Shown here piece by piece: positions 1-8,632 of a stretch of 53,429 nucleotides of DNA (its first letter is position 1; each line of letters starts with the position of its first letter). A program made the position numbers and the translations under genes. Source of the stretch: a virus (lineage: Duplodnaviria > Caudoviricetes); IMG/VR virus record IMGVR_UViG_3300048599_000234, positions 1 through 53,429 of that record. One strand, 5' to 3'. The notes below the pieces were generated by a model. It was not told where the DNA came from and did no database searches. It worked only from the letters and a program-made list of their open reading frames with translations.

Positions 1-1290
1 GATATTCTGGGCTCCAGTGACGGCTATCGCAGCCATCCGCCGACCTGGAAAGGCGCCGGCGGCAAGCAGATCGAGCTGCGCGGCTGCGAGCAGGAAAAGG
101 ACAAGCAGCGCTTCAAGGGCCGCGCTCGCGACTTCATCGGTTACGACGAACTCGCCGACTTTCTCGAATCGCAATACGTCTTCATCAACACCTGGAACCG
201 CTCGGCCGATCCGAACCAGCGTTGTCGGATCGTCGGCGCGACCAACGGGCCTACCACTGCGGCAGGACAATGGATCCTGCGCCGCTGGGCCGCCTGGCTC
301 GATCCGAAACATCCGAATCCCGCCAAGGACGGCGAGCTGCGCTGGTATCTGTCGACCGATGCCGGCGAGGTCGAGGTCGACGGGCCCGGGCCCCATGAAC
401 AGAACGGGCGCATGGTGCGCGCCAGCTCGCGCAGCTTCATCCGCTCCAAGCTGGTCGACAATCCGGATCTGTCGGCGACCGATTACGGGGCCAAGCTCGA
501 CGCGCTGCCCGAGGAGCTGCGCAGGGTCTATCGCGACGGCGATTTCACGGTCGGACTGCGCGACGGCGATTTCCAGGTCATTCCGACCGCATGGATCGAG
601 GCCGCCGAGCAGCGCTGGACGCCTTCGCCGCCGCGCGGCGCGGCGATGACTGCGCTTGCGGTCGACGTGGCACCCGGCGGCGGCGACAAGCGCGTGATCG
701 GTTATCGTTATAACGGCTGGTTCGGCCCGCTCGATGCCGAGAAAGAGGTCGACAAGACCGGACGCAAGACCGCGGCGGCCGTCGTCTACCATCGCCGCGA
801 TCGCTGTCCGGTGATCGTCGATCTCGGCGGCGGCTGGGGCGGCGATACGCTGATCGCGCTGAAGGACAACCAGGTCGACGTGATCGCCTTCAACGGCGTG
901 GTGGCCACAACCGCGCGAAGCCGCTGCGGCAAGTTCGGCTTCAAGAACAAGCGCGCCGAGGCCGTGTGGCGCCTGCGCGAGGCGCTCGATCCCTCGCAGG
1001 AAGGCGGGTCGGTGATCGCGCTGCCGCCGGATCCCGAGCTCAAGGCGGATCTGTGCAGCTATTCCTGGGAAATGGTGCGGATGCCGAATGGCGCCGGCAT
1101 CCAGATCCTCGACAAGGACAAGCAGAAGGAGCTGATCGGCCGGTCGCCGGACAAGGGCGACACCGTGATCATGTGCCTGTCGGAGGGCGATCGCGCGGTC
1201 GAGCGCGCCATTCGCGCCGCGATGGGCGGGAATTACCAGAGCCAGGCCAATACCGGCAGCCGCTGGCAGTCGGCGCAGCGTCGCCGCTGA
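1..1290 (+). CDS. terL: Terminase large subunit, middle and C-terminal part (5' part at 53223-53429)
   Basis: Frame 1 is open from base 1 (DILGSSDGY...RFKGRARDFIGYDELADF, Walker B; GATN coupling motif) into ORF 412..1290, which has the nuclease motifs AVDVAPGGGD and SPDKGD. Confidence 0.92.
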   Translation, partial: DILGSSDGYRSHPPTWKGAGGKQIELRGCEQEKDKQRFKGRARDFIGYDELADFLESQYVFINTWNRSADPNQRCRIVGATNGPTTAAGQWILRRWAAWLDPKHPNPAKDGELRWYLSTDAGEVEVDGPGPHEQNGRMVRASSRSFIRSKLVDNPDLSATDYGAKLDALPEELRRVYRDGDFTVGLRDGDFQVIPTAWIEAAEQRWTPSPPRGAAMTALAVDVAPGGGDKRVIGYRYNGWFGPLDAEKEVDKTGRKTAAAVVYHRRDRCPVIVDLGGGWGGDTLIALKDNQVDVIAFNGVVATTARSRCGKFGFKNKRAEAVWRLREALDPSQEGGSVIALPPDPELKADLCSYSWEMVRMPNGAGIQILDKDKQKELIGRSPDKGDTVIMCLSEGDRAVERAIRAAMGGNYQSQANTGSRWQSAQRRR

Positions 1291-1526
1291 TGCGCGATCG
1301 TTCGTTCCTGCAGGCCGGGGAGCAGGTGCGGCCCTTTAGCGAAGTCCGCCGCGAGCGCGAATTCGGCGACGTCGCACTGATCCGGCGCCGCGCGCTGCTG
1401 GAGCAGGTCCAGCGCCTCGAGGCCGAGGCCAAGGTCTGCGGCGACCGCAAGGAAAGCATCCGCCTGCAGCTCGAGGCCGAAGCCTTGCGCTGCCGTTTAC
1501 ACGAAGAGGAAAGCCTCCATGGTTGA
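1290..1526 (+). CDS. Hypothetical protein
   Basis: ATG overlaps the terL stop (TGATG); MRDRSFLQ... Confidence 0.55.
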   Translation: MRDRSFLQAGEQVRPFSEVRREREFGDVALIRRRALLEQVQRLEAEAKVCGDRKESIRLQLEAEALRCRLHEEESLHG

Positions 1527-1743
1527 CATGTTCAAGCGCCAGGCCGCCACGCCGGCGCCAGCGCCGAAGCCCGCGCCGCCGCCGGTGATGCCCGATCCGA
1601 TGTCATCCGACGTCCTGGACGCCAAGCGCCGCGCGGTCGCGACGCAGGGCCAGGCCGGCCGATCGTCGACCGTGCTGACCAGCGCCGGATCGCAGACGCT
1701 CGCTGGCGGCTACAGCTCAACCAAGCTCGGCACCGACGCATGA
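1519..1743 (+). CDS. Small virion-associated protein upstream of the portal
   Basis: Pro-rich N-terminus plus GRSSTVLTS motif, typical of pre-portal genes in T7-like/BPP-1-like phages. Confidence 0.7.
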   Translation: MVDMFKRQAATPAPAPKPAPPPVMPDPMSSDVLDAKRRAVATQGQAGRSSTVLTSAGSQTLAGGYSSTKLGTDA

Positions 1744-2213
1744 GCGCGCCGCTCAAGCTCGAGCTGCTGGATGCGCGCAAGGGCCCGGCGCGCGCCAACC
1801 CGCTGATCAACGCGCTGGTCGAGCAGCTGCCGGCCCCGGGCGAGGATTTCCCGGCCGACGAGCGCCAGGCCTGGCTCGAAATGATGGAGAAGGCATTCAC
1901 CATGGCCTATGGCGGAGCGAAGGCGGCGCCCGTGCCGCGCAAGCCGGCAATTCAGAAGCGGCGAGCGCCCGCAAGACCGAAGCTCCAGAAGCCGGTCAAG
2001 CCGGTCAAGCCCGGGCCGGCCTTCTTCGTCGACCGGCAGCATTTCGCGCGGCGGCGCGGCGGCGAGCGCATCCTGCCGCACGAGGTGATGGACGTGCTGG
2101 TCGACCAGCGCGGCGTGAACGGCGACCTCGGCAAGATCGTCTGGGCCGACGATTCCACCGGCATCCCGCGCGGGCTGCAGCTCGACATCACGATCGCAGA
2201 CGCCGGGGACTGA
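1740..2213 (+). CDS. Hypothetical protein
   Basis: ATGA-coupled 157-aa ORF with phage-like codon use. Confidence 0.65.
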   Translation: MSAPLKLELLDARKGPARANPLINALVEQLPAPGEDFPADERQAWLEMMEKAFTMAYGGAKAAPVPRKPAIQKRRAPARPKLQKPVKPVKPGPAFFVDRQHFARRRGGERILPHEVMDVLVDQRGVNGDLGKIVWADDSTGIPRGLQLDITIADAGD

Positions 2214-2215
2214 CC

Positions 2216-3895
2216 GTGAAGCAGCGCGTGCAGGATCTGGTCGCGGTCGGCGACAAGCTGTTCAGCGATCGCTCGCCGATCCTGTCGCTGTGGCAGGCGA
2301 TGGCCGAGAACTTCCATGTGATGCGCGCCGATTTCACGCGCACGCGCTACATTTCCGAGGAATTCGGCTCCTACCTGTTGAGCGGCCGGCCGGCGCGCTG
2401 CCATCGCGACCTGAAGAACGCCTTCACCTCGATGCTGCGGCCGCGCGACAAGATCTGGCTGCATGCCAGGACCGACAATCCGCGCGTCAACGAGGATCGC
2501 CAGGCCAAGATGTGGCTCGATTGGGCGAGCGAGCGCCAGCACAAGGCGATGTACGACCGCCGCGCGCAATTCGTGCGCGCCACCAAGGACGCCGACGGCG
2601 ATTTCTGCGCGTTCGGCAATACCGTGATCGTGCGCGAAATCTGCGATTACGACCATCTGCTCTACACCACCTGGCATCTGCGCGACGTCGCCTGGGAAGA
2701 GAACGACAAGCGCGTCGTCGATACGATGTATTTCGACTGGCGGCCGCAGGCGCGCCAGATGATCCAGAAATTCGGTAAGGGCAAGCTCGGCGTCGCCACC
2801 GCCGTGGCCAACCTGAGGAACGAAGAGCGGTTCAAGGAGATCAAGGCCCGGCGCATCCTGCTGCCGGCCGACGAATACGACCTGCCGGCGCAGACCACGC
2901 GCGGTCTGAAATTCGTCTCGATCTATGTCGATGTCGAAAACCAGCACATTCTCGAAGAAACGCCGCTGCGCAACTGGCCGGTGACCTGCGCGCGCTGGGA
3001 ATCCGCCGGCTCGATGTATGGCCGGCAATATGGCTACAGCCCGCCGGTGGTCTATGGCCTGCCGGACGCGCGCATGCAGCAGCAGATGATGCTGTCGATG
3101 CTCGAAGCTTCGGAGATGGCGGTGAAGCCTGCGCTAATCACGGTCGGCGAGGCGATCAACGGCAGCACCAATCTGTATGCCGGCGGCCTGACCCAGGTTG
3201 ACGCCGATTACGACGAGCGCACCGGCGAGGTGCTGCGCCCGATCACGATGCAGCTCGAAGGCATCCGTTACGGCGCCGAGCAGCTCGACCGGCTCGAGGC
3301 CGGGCTCGACGACGCTTTCTTCCTCAACAAAATCCGCTTTCCCGAGATCACCAAGCAGATGACGGCCTACGAGGCCTCGAAGCTGTGGGACGAATTCATC
3401 CGCGGCAGCCTGCCGCTCTTCGAGCCGGTCGAGGTCGAATATAACGGCGATCTCTGCGACGGCACCTTTCAGGACCTGCTGGCGCTGGGGCGCTTCGGTT
3501 CGGTCGAGGAGATGCCGCAGATCCTGCGCGGCCGGGACATCACGTTCCAGTTCGACACGCCGATCACGGTGGCAGCCGAAAAGGCGCTGACCGGCGCGTT
3601 CGAGGGCATGCTGCAGGTGCTGGTGGCGGGTGCCCAGGTGGATCCCGACGTGGCGCTGCTGGCCGACATGCCAAAGGCCACGCGCGAGGCGATCGACGGC
3701 ACCGGCGCGCCGGCCGACTGGCTGCTCGACGAGAGGAAGTTCGACGAGCGCCGCCAGCAGAAAGCGCAAGCGGCCGCGGCCGCGGCGCAAGCCGAGGCGG
3801 TGGCCGCCGGCGCCGACGTCGCCACGCGAGTCGCCACCGCTGCCGATAGCGCCGGCCGCGCCGCGCAGTCGCTGCAGGGTGCGGGTCTCGCATGA
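2216..3895 (+). CDS. Portal (head-tail connector), T7/BPP-1 type
   Basis: 559 aa; DFCAFGN, ARW...YGYSP and MTAYE motifs; Gln/Ala-rich tail; position after terL. Confidence 0.92.
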   Translation: MKQRVQDLVAVGDKLFSDRSPILSLWQAMAENFHVMRADFTRTRYISEEFGSYLLSGRPARCHRDLKNAFTSMLRPRDKIWLHARTDNPRVNEDRQAKMWLDWASERQHKAMYDRRAQFVRATKDADGDFCAFGNTVIVREICDYDHLLYTTWHLRDVAWEENDKRVVDTMYFDWRPQARQMIQKFGKGKLGVATAVANLRNEERFKEIKARRILLPADEYDLPAQTTRGLKFVSIYVDVENQHILEETPLRNWPVTCARWESAGSMYGRQYGYSPPVVYGLPDARMQQQMMLSMLEASEMAVKPALITVGEAINGSTNLYAGGLTQVDADYDERTGEVLRPITMQLEGIRYGAEQLDRLEAGLDDAFFLNKIRFPEITKQMTAYEASKLWDEFIRGSLPLFEPVEVEYNGDLCDGTFQDLLALGRFGSVEEMPQILRGRDITFQFDTPITVAAEKALTGAFEGMLQVLVAGAQVDPDVALLADMPKATREAIDGTGAPADWLLDERKFDERRQQKAQAAAAAAQAEAVAAGADVATRVATAADSAGRAAQSLQGAGLA

Positions 3896-4230
3896 AAAAG
3901 CCGAAGGCCGTGCCGCCGCGGCCGCGCATGCCATGGGACCCGGTCGAGTTCGAGCTCGCGGAGGTCTCCGCGATCAAGGCGATGGCGGCCCAGCATCCGC
4001 GCGCCTTCGAGGTGGTGCTGCAGAAGATCTGCCGCCTCGACGCCATGAGCTTCACCGCCGGCGGCGAGGATGGCCGCCGCGCCTCCGATTATGCCGAAGG
4101 CAAGCGCGCCGTCGGCGACACGCTGCGGCAGCTTCGCGACTTGGCAATGCCGTCGCCCGTGCGCGGCGCACCGGCCGACCTGCCTAATTCTCCGACGCCG
4201 ATGCCGGCGTCGGCCGAACCACAAACCTGA
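3892..4230 (+). CDS. Bbp19-like small phage protein
   Basis: Follows the portal; SDYAEGKRAVG motif. Confidence 0.7.
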   Translation: MKKPKAVPPRPRMPWDPVEFELAEVSAIKAMAAQHPRAFEVVLQKICRLDAMSFTAGGEDGRRASDYAEGKRAVGDTLRQLRDLAMPSPVRGAPADLPNSPTPMPASAEPQT

Positions 4231-4240
4231 GAGGGTGCCG

Positions 4241-5359
4241 ATGAGCTTTCTTCGCAACCGCCTGCTGGGCGGCGTGAGCTTCCTGCCGTTGTTTGCGCCT
4301 GAGGGCGTCGGTTCTGGAGCTGGTGAGGGTGCGGCTGCGGGGGCGGCGGCTGCCGCCGGTGCCGGCTCAGCGGCGGCGGGAGCCGGGCAGGCAGGTGCCG
4401 GCGAAGGCACCAAAGCTGCGTCCGCTGCGCCAGGTGCTGCAACGCTCGCCGGCGGCGCCGATGGCGGTGAGGCGGCGGCCGCCGCTGCTGCTGCCGCCGC
4501 GGCCAGTTCCAGCGCGGCCGGCAAGCTGCCGGAGGGTTTCGATTTCCGCGCCTATCTCGCCGCCGGCGACAAGGACGTCGCCAAGGATCTCGAAAAATAC
4601 ACCGATCCGAAGGCGATCTATACCGCCTTGCGCGAGGTGCAGGCCAAGATCTCCAAGGGCGAGCTGAAGCTCGCGCCGAAGCCGCTGGCGGCGAACGCGA
4701 CCGACGAGCAGAAGGCCGAATGGCGCAAGGCCAACGGCCTGCCGGACAAGCCCGAGAACTATGTCGAGAAGCTCGAATTGCCGAACGGCATGGTGGTGGG
4801 CGAGGGCGACAAGGAGCTGGTCGGCGATTTCGCCAAGATGATGTTCGAGCAGGGCGGCAGCCAGGCCGAGATGAATCGCGCGGTGGCGTGGTTCTACCAG
4901 GCGCAGGATGCGATGAAGCAGCGCCAGGCCGACGCCGACCAGGAGAGCATCATCGCCTCGACGATCGCACTGCGCAGCGAGTGGGGCTCCGAATACAAGG
5001 CCAACATGAACGCGCAGCAAGCGCTGCTGCTGACCATGCCGGAGGAGTTCAAGAACGAGCTGCTGACGTCGCGCACCGCCTCCGGCCAGATGCTCGGCAA
5101 CACCGCGGGCTTCCTGAAATGGGCGGCGCAGACCGCGCGCGATCTCAATCCCGCAGCGACCATCGTCCCGAATGGCGGCGACGCCGGCAAGACCATCGGC
5201 GCCGAGATCGCCTCGATCGAGGAGACCTTCCGCAAGGCCGCCGGCGGCGACGGCGAGGCGCACCGGGCCTATTACGGCAAGGACGGCCAGCCCGGCCTCG
5301 ATGCGCGCCACCGCGAGCTGCTCGGCATGCAGGAGAAGATGCAGAAGCGCGCCTCGTGA
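4241..5359 (+). CDS. Capsid scaffolding/assembly protein
   Basis: Ala/Gly-rich N-terminus, GLPDKPENY and ALRSEWG motifs; lies between portal and capsid. Confidence 0.8.
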   Translation: MSFLRNRLLGGVSFLPLFAPEGVGSGAGEGAAAGAAAAAGAGSAAAGAGQAGAGEGTKAASAAPGAATLAGGADGGEAAAAAAAAAAASSSAAGKLPEGFDFRAYLAAGDKDVAKDLEKYTDPKAIYTALREVQAKISKGELKLAPKPLAANATDEQKAEWRKANGLPDKPENYVEKLELPNGMVVGEGDKELVGDFAKMMFEQGGSQAEMNRAVAWFYQAQDAMKQRQADADQESIIASTIALRSEWGSEYKANMNAQQALLLTMPEEFKNELLTSRTASGQMLGNTAGFLKWAAQTARDLNPAATIVPNGGDAGKTIGAEIASIEETFRKAAGGDGEAHRAYYGKDGQPGLDARHRELLGMQEKMQKRAS

Positions 5360-5775
5360 TCATCGTCCAGTCCTATCCGCCGCTGATCGACGAGATCGAT
5401 TGCCGCTTCAACGTGCGCGGCAAGCCGATCCTGTTCGCCTGGGGCGCTTATATCTACAACCCGGCGGGCGTGCCGGTGGGGCCCGAACTGGTCGCGCACG
5501 AGGCCGTGCATGGCGAGCGCCAGAACGTCTGCGAGGAAGGCGTCGAAGGCTGGTGGCGGCTCTATATCGAGTCGCCGATGTTCCGGCTCGAGGAAGAGAA
5601 GCCGGCGCATGTCGCCGAGTTCAAGGCGCTGTGCGAGCTGCAGCGCAAGCACTGGCATAGCGAGCGCAACATGCGCCGCAGGCTGGCCACGCATGTCGCT
5701 CACAAGCTGTCATCGCCGCTCTATGGGCGGCTGATCCCATTCGAGGAGGCGAAGCGCTTCCTGCTCGCCGCCTGA
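5356..5775 (+). CDS. HExxH-containing putative metallopeptidase
   Basis: GTGA overlap with the scaffold gene; LVAHEAVHGERQ plus a downstream E (LEEEKPAH). Confidence 0.65.
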   Translation: MIIVQSYPPLIDEIDCRFNVRGKPILFAWGAYIYNPAGVPVGPELVAHEAVHGERQNVCEEGVEGWWRLYIESPMFRLEEEKPAHVAEFKALCELQRKHWHSERNMRRRLATHVAHKLSSPLYGRLIPFEEAKRFLLAA

Positions 5776-5794
5776 TCCAATTCCCGCCGTCGCA

Positions 5795-5975
5795 CGGACA
5801 ACCGCGTCTTCACGTTTGCGCATCCCGCGCAGGCTTGGATGCGCGCGGCCCGCACGCGTCGGCGCGATGCAACCCGCCAACCCACTAGGCCCGAACCGCC
5901 TGCGCCTGCAGCCCGCGAGCCGTTTCAGACGGATTGCGGAGAACTGCGTCCGGCTCTCGCATCGGACAACCGAAC
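5795..5975 (+). ncRNA. Candidate structured 5' leader RNA of the major capsid gene
   Basis: Non-coding gap with several stems (GCGCATCC/GGATGCGC; GAGCCG/CGGCTC) and two copies of a GGACAACC/GGCCC internal-loop motif. Confidence 0.55.
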
Positions 5976-6011
5976 AGGAGGCACGCGAACGCTCAATAAT
6001 GGAGCATTCAA

Positions 6012-6851
6012 GTGTCCGACACTGCTTTCCAGGTCCAGTATCGCAAGGAAGCGATCATGGGCTTCGAGCAGGGGGTCTCGCTTCTCCGCCATTCGGTAAC
6101 CACCGAAGCCACCGTCAAGGGCAACCAGGCGACCTTCATGGTCGCTTCGTCCGGCGGTGCCACCCCCAACACCCGCGGCGTCAACGGCCTGATTCCGGCC
6201 CGCGCCGACGATCTCAACCAGTACACGGCAACCCTGGTCGAATGGCACGACCTGGTGCGCCGCACCTCGTTCAACATCTTCGCCTCTCAGGGCGACGGCC
6301 GTCGCATCATGCAGATGACCACCCGCAAGGTGCTCAACCGCAAGGTCGATTCCGACATCCTGACGGAGCTGCAGAACGCCACCCAGACCTGCGGCAACGC
6401 GGTGACCGCGTCGCTGAACCTCGTCGTCAAGGCCAAGACCATCCTCGGCAACAACTCGGTCGACGTCGACGAAGAAGACAACATGTTCGGGGTCATCAGC
6501 TACGCCTTCGATGCGTATCTGATGCAGATCCCCGAATACACGAAGGCTGATTACGTCGAGATCAAGCCGTTCAACATGCCGGCGAAGCGGTTCCGCCGCT
6601 GGGCCGGCATCAACTGGATCATCCACCCGAATATCTCGGGCAAGGGGACCAGCCTCGAATACTGCTTCCTCTATCACCGCGCGGCCATCGGACACGCGGT
6701 GAATACCGGCGAATTGCAGGCCCTCGCCGGCTATCACGAGGAGCAGGATTATTCCTGGGCTCGCACCACCGGCTATATGGGCTCCAAGCTGCTGCAAAAC
6801 AGCGGCGTCGTCGTGATGAAACACGACGGCTCGGCCTATGTGGCGAGCTAA
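6012..6851 (+). CDS. Major capsid protein
   Basis: 279 aa, GTG start after GGAG; AFQVQYRKE..GFEQG.S.LR, LNRKVD and GSKLLQNSGVV, typical of podovirus capsids. Confidence 0.9.
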   Translation: MSDTAFQVQYRKEAIMGFEQGVSLLRHSVTTEATVKGNQATFMVASSGGATPNTRGVNGLIPARADDLNQYTATLVEWHDLVRRTSFNIFASQGDGRRIMQMTTRKVLNRKVDSDILTELQNATQTCGNAVTASLNLVVKAKTILGNNSVDVDEEDNMFGVISYAFDAYLMQIPEYTKADYVEIKPFNMPAKRFRRWAGINWIIHPNISGKGTSLEYCFLYHRAAIGHAVNTGELQALAGYHEEQDYSWARTTGYMGSKLLQNSGVVVMKHDGSAYVAS

Positions 6852-6863
6852 GGGGAGGGATCA

Positions 6864-7127
6864 GTGGGATATTCCAACACCGGTCTCCGCCTCGTCTCCG
6901 GCGATCTGAAGTCCGGCGTCGCGAAGCTGTGGCACTACACCACGGCCTCGGATGCCGACGCGGCAATCGTCGGCGCCGGCTATTTTTCTGATGGCGTGAA
7001 GTTCGGAATGGCGGTTGGCGACCTCGTCGATGTCGTCGCCACCACCGGCCCGAAATACAAGCGCTATCAGGTGGCGAGCGTCAGCGGCTTTGCTGCGACC
7101 GTCGCGGCGCCGACCGCGATCACCTGA
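6864..7127 (+). CDS. Small capsid decoration/cement-like protein
   Basis: Follows the capsid gene with a strong RBS; GYF...GM.VGDLV motif. Confidence 0.65.
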   Translation: MGYSNTGLRLVSGDLKSGVAKLWHYTTASDADAAIVGAGYFSDGVKFGMAVGDLVDVVATTGPKYKRYQVASVSGFAATVAAPTAIT

Positions 7128-7150
7128 CCACTCCACCCCGCAACAAGGAA

Positions 7151-7178
7151 CGGGCGGCGCAAGCCGCCCGTTTTCTTT
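7151..7178 (+). terminator. Rho-independent terminator after the capsid genes
   Basis: CGGGCGGC-GCAA-GCCGCCCG followed by TTTTCTTT. Confidence 0.85.
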
Positions 7179-7195
7179 CAACCAAAGAGGATTCC

Positions 7196-7720
7196 ATGGC
7201 GAAAGCGGAAGCAGCTCTCAAAGCAGACCCGAAAAAGGATGACGCCGGCACCGCCGAAATCCGGCAGGCAATGGCCGAGGTGCTGCCCCCGATCCGCGCG
7301 CTGCTGGCGCAGGAGATCTGGGCCCGCGAGGCCGGCGTGAAATTCAACACCTGGGAAGCCGTGCCGCCGGCCGGCACGCAGCCCGAGAACATTCTGCGCC
7401 CCGATTTCTGGTCGAACGTCTCGGCCCGGATGCGCATGGGCGACAAGATCATCGTGGTGCCGCGCGACGGCGCCTTCTATGCCGAGCTGGTCGTCTGGGA
7501 TGCCGGCCAGAACTGGGCCAACGTGTCCGGCGGCCATCAGGAGCGTCCGCAATTCGCGGCCCGTGGCGACGTCTCGGCCGAGTTCGAGATCGTGTCGGAC
7601 CCGATCGACGGCATCACCGTCAAGCGCGCGGCCAATGGCGCGAAGCTGAAGGGCAATTTCCCGAACCATGAGGACGCCAGGCGCTGGATCCTCGAGCATC
7701 AGCGCGCGATGCGGAGCTGA
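7196..7720 (+). CDS. Conserved-type hypothetical phage protein
   Basis: RBS AGAGG; 174 aa in the structural operon. Confidence 0.7.
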   Translation: MAKAEAALKADPKKDDAGTAEIRQAMAEVLPPIRALLAQEIWAREAGVKFNTWEAVPPAGTQPENILRPDFWSNVSARMRMGDKIIVVPRDGAFYAELVVWDAGQNWANVSGGHQERPQFAARGDVSAEFEIVSDPIDGITVKRAANGAKLKGNFPNHEDARRWILEHQRAMRS

Positions 7721-7727
7721 CGGCGCC

Positions 7728-7976
7728 ATGCCAAGGGTCAACGACAAGGCTTGCACGGCGCTGGCCAAGATCCTGGCCGACGCCAAGGCCGGCAATGTGC
7801 AGCTGGTCGGCATCATCGCCGTCGGCGACGACGGCCAGCCGCGCGCGCTCTTCGCTGGCGAGATGGACCTGACGCCTTCTCTCAATCTCGGCGTCGACAT
7901 GCTCAAGGCCACGATCATGAACCAGATCGTCGGCCACGCCACCGCCGGGCCCGGCGTGATCCGCCCGGGCCAGTGA
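7728..7976 (+). CDS. Hypothetical protein
   Basis: MPRVNDKAC..., fills the gap before the tail adaptor. Confidence 0.6.
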   Translation: MPRVNDKACTALAKILADAKAGNVQLVGIIAVGDDGQPRALFAGEMDLTPSLNLGVDMLKATIMNQIVGHATAGPGVIRPGQ

Positions 7977-7983
7977 GGCAAAG

Positions 7984-8631
7984 ATGGCCGACAAGCTTAC
8001 GATCTACAACGAGGCGCTGAGCCACCTGCAGGAACGCCGGCTGGCCTCGCTGTCGGTCGCGCGCTCGACCCGCCGCACGCTCGACCTGCATTGGGACGGC
8101 GCCAAGGCCTTCTGTCTCGAGCGCAAGTTCTGGAATTTCATCTTTCGCACCGTGATGATCGACGCCTCGACGCAGGTCGCGCCGGCATTCGGCTTTAGCC
8201 ATGGCTTCCAGATCCCGAACGACTGGATCCGGACCCATCGAATCTCGGCGAGCGAGGCGCTCAACCCGCCGCTGCTGCGATATTCCGAAGAGGCCGGCTA
8301 TTGGTACGCCGACGTCACGCCGATCTATGTGCGCTACAATTCCAGCGATATGGCGTATGGCAACGACCTGTCGCTGTGGCCGCAGAGCTTCGCCGATTAC
8401 GTGGCGTTTCAGCTTGCGGTCCGGGCCTGCCAGAAAATCACCGGCTCCAGCGCGCTGCTGCAGGGTCCGCAGGGCCTGCTGAAGCGCGACGAAAAGGCCT
8501 ACAAGATTGCGGCCTCGATCTGCGGCATGAACAACCCGATCGGCTTCCAGCCGCAATCGGGCTGGGTCTCGTCGCGCCGCGGCTTCGGCCGCTCCTCCGG
8601 CGACACGCCGGGCGGCAGCCTGATCGGCTGA
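7984..8631 (+). CDS. Tail tubular protein A / adaptor (T7 gp11-like)
   Basis: IYNEALSHL, WNF and FQIPND motifs; size and position. Confidence 0.85.
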   Translation: MADKLTIYNEALSHLQERRLASLSVARSTRRTLDLHWDGAKAFCLERKFWNFIFRTVMIDASTQVAPAFGFSHGFQIPNDWIRTHRISASEALNPPLLRYSEEAGYWYADVTPIYVRYNSSDMAYGNDLSLWPQSFADYVAFQLAVRACQKITGSSALLQGPQGLLKRDEKAYKIAASICGMNNPIGFQPQSGWVSSRRGFGRSSGDTPGGSLIG

Positions 8632-8632
8632 C

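Noticed and set aside
1988-2010. AAGCCGGTC tandem repeat
   Set aside because: In-frame KPV-KPV-KP duplication within a linker; trivial.
4310-4520. GCN-rich repetitive stretch
   Set aside because: 3-nt period encoding the Ala/Gly-rich scaffold N-terminus, unlike the 5-nt array.
6830-6870. Capsid frameshift or readthrough into the next gene
   Set aside because: No slippery heptamer, TAA stop, and the next gene has its own RBS.
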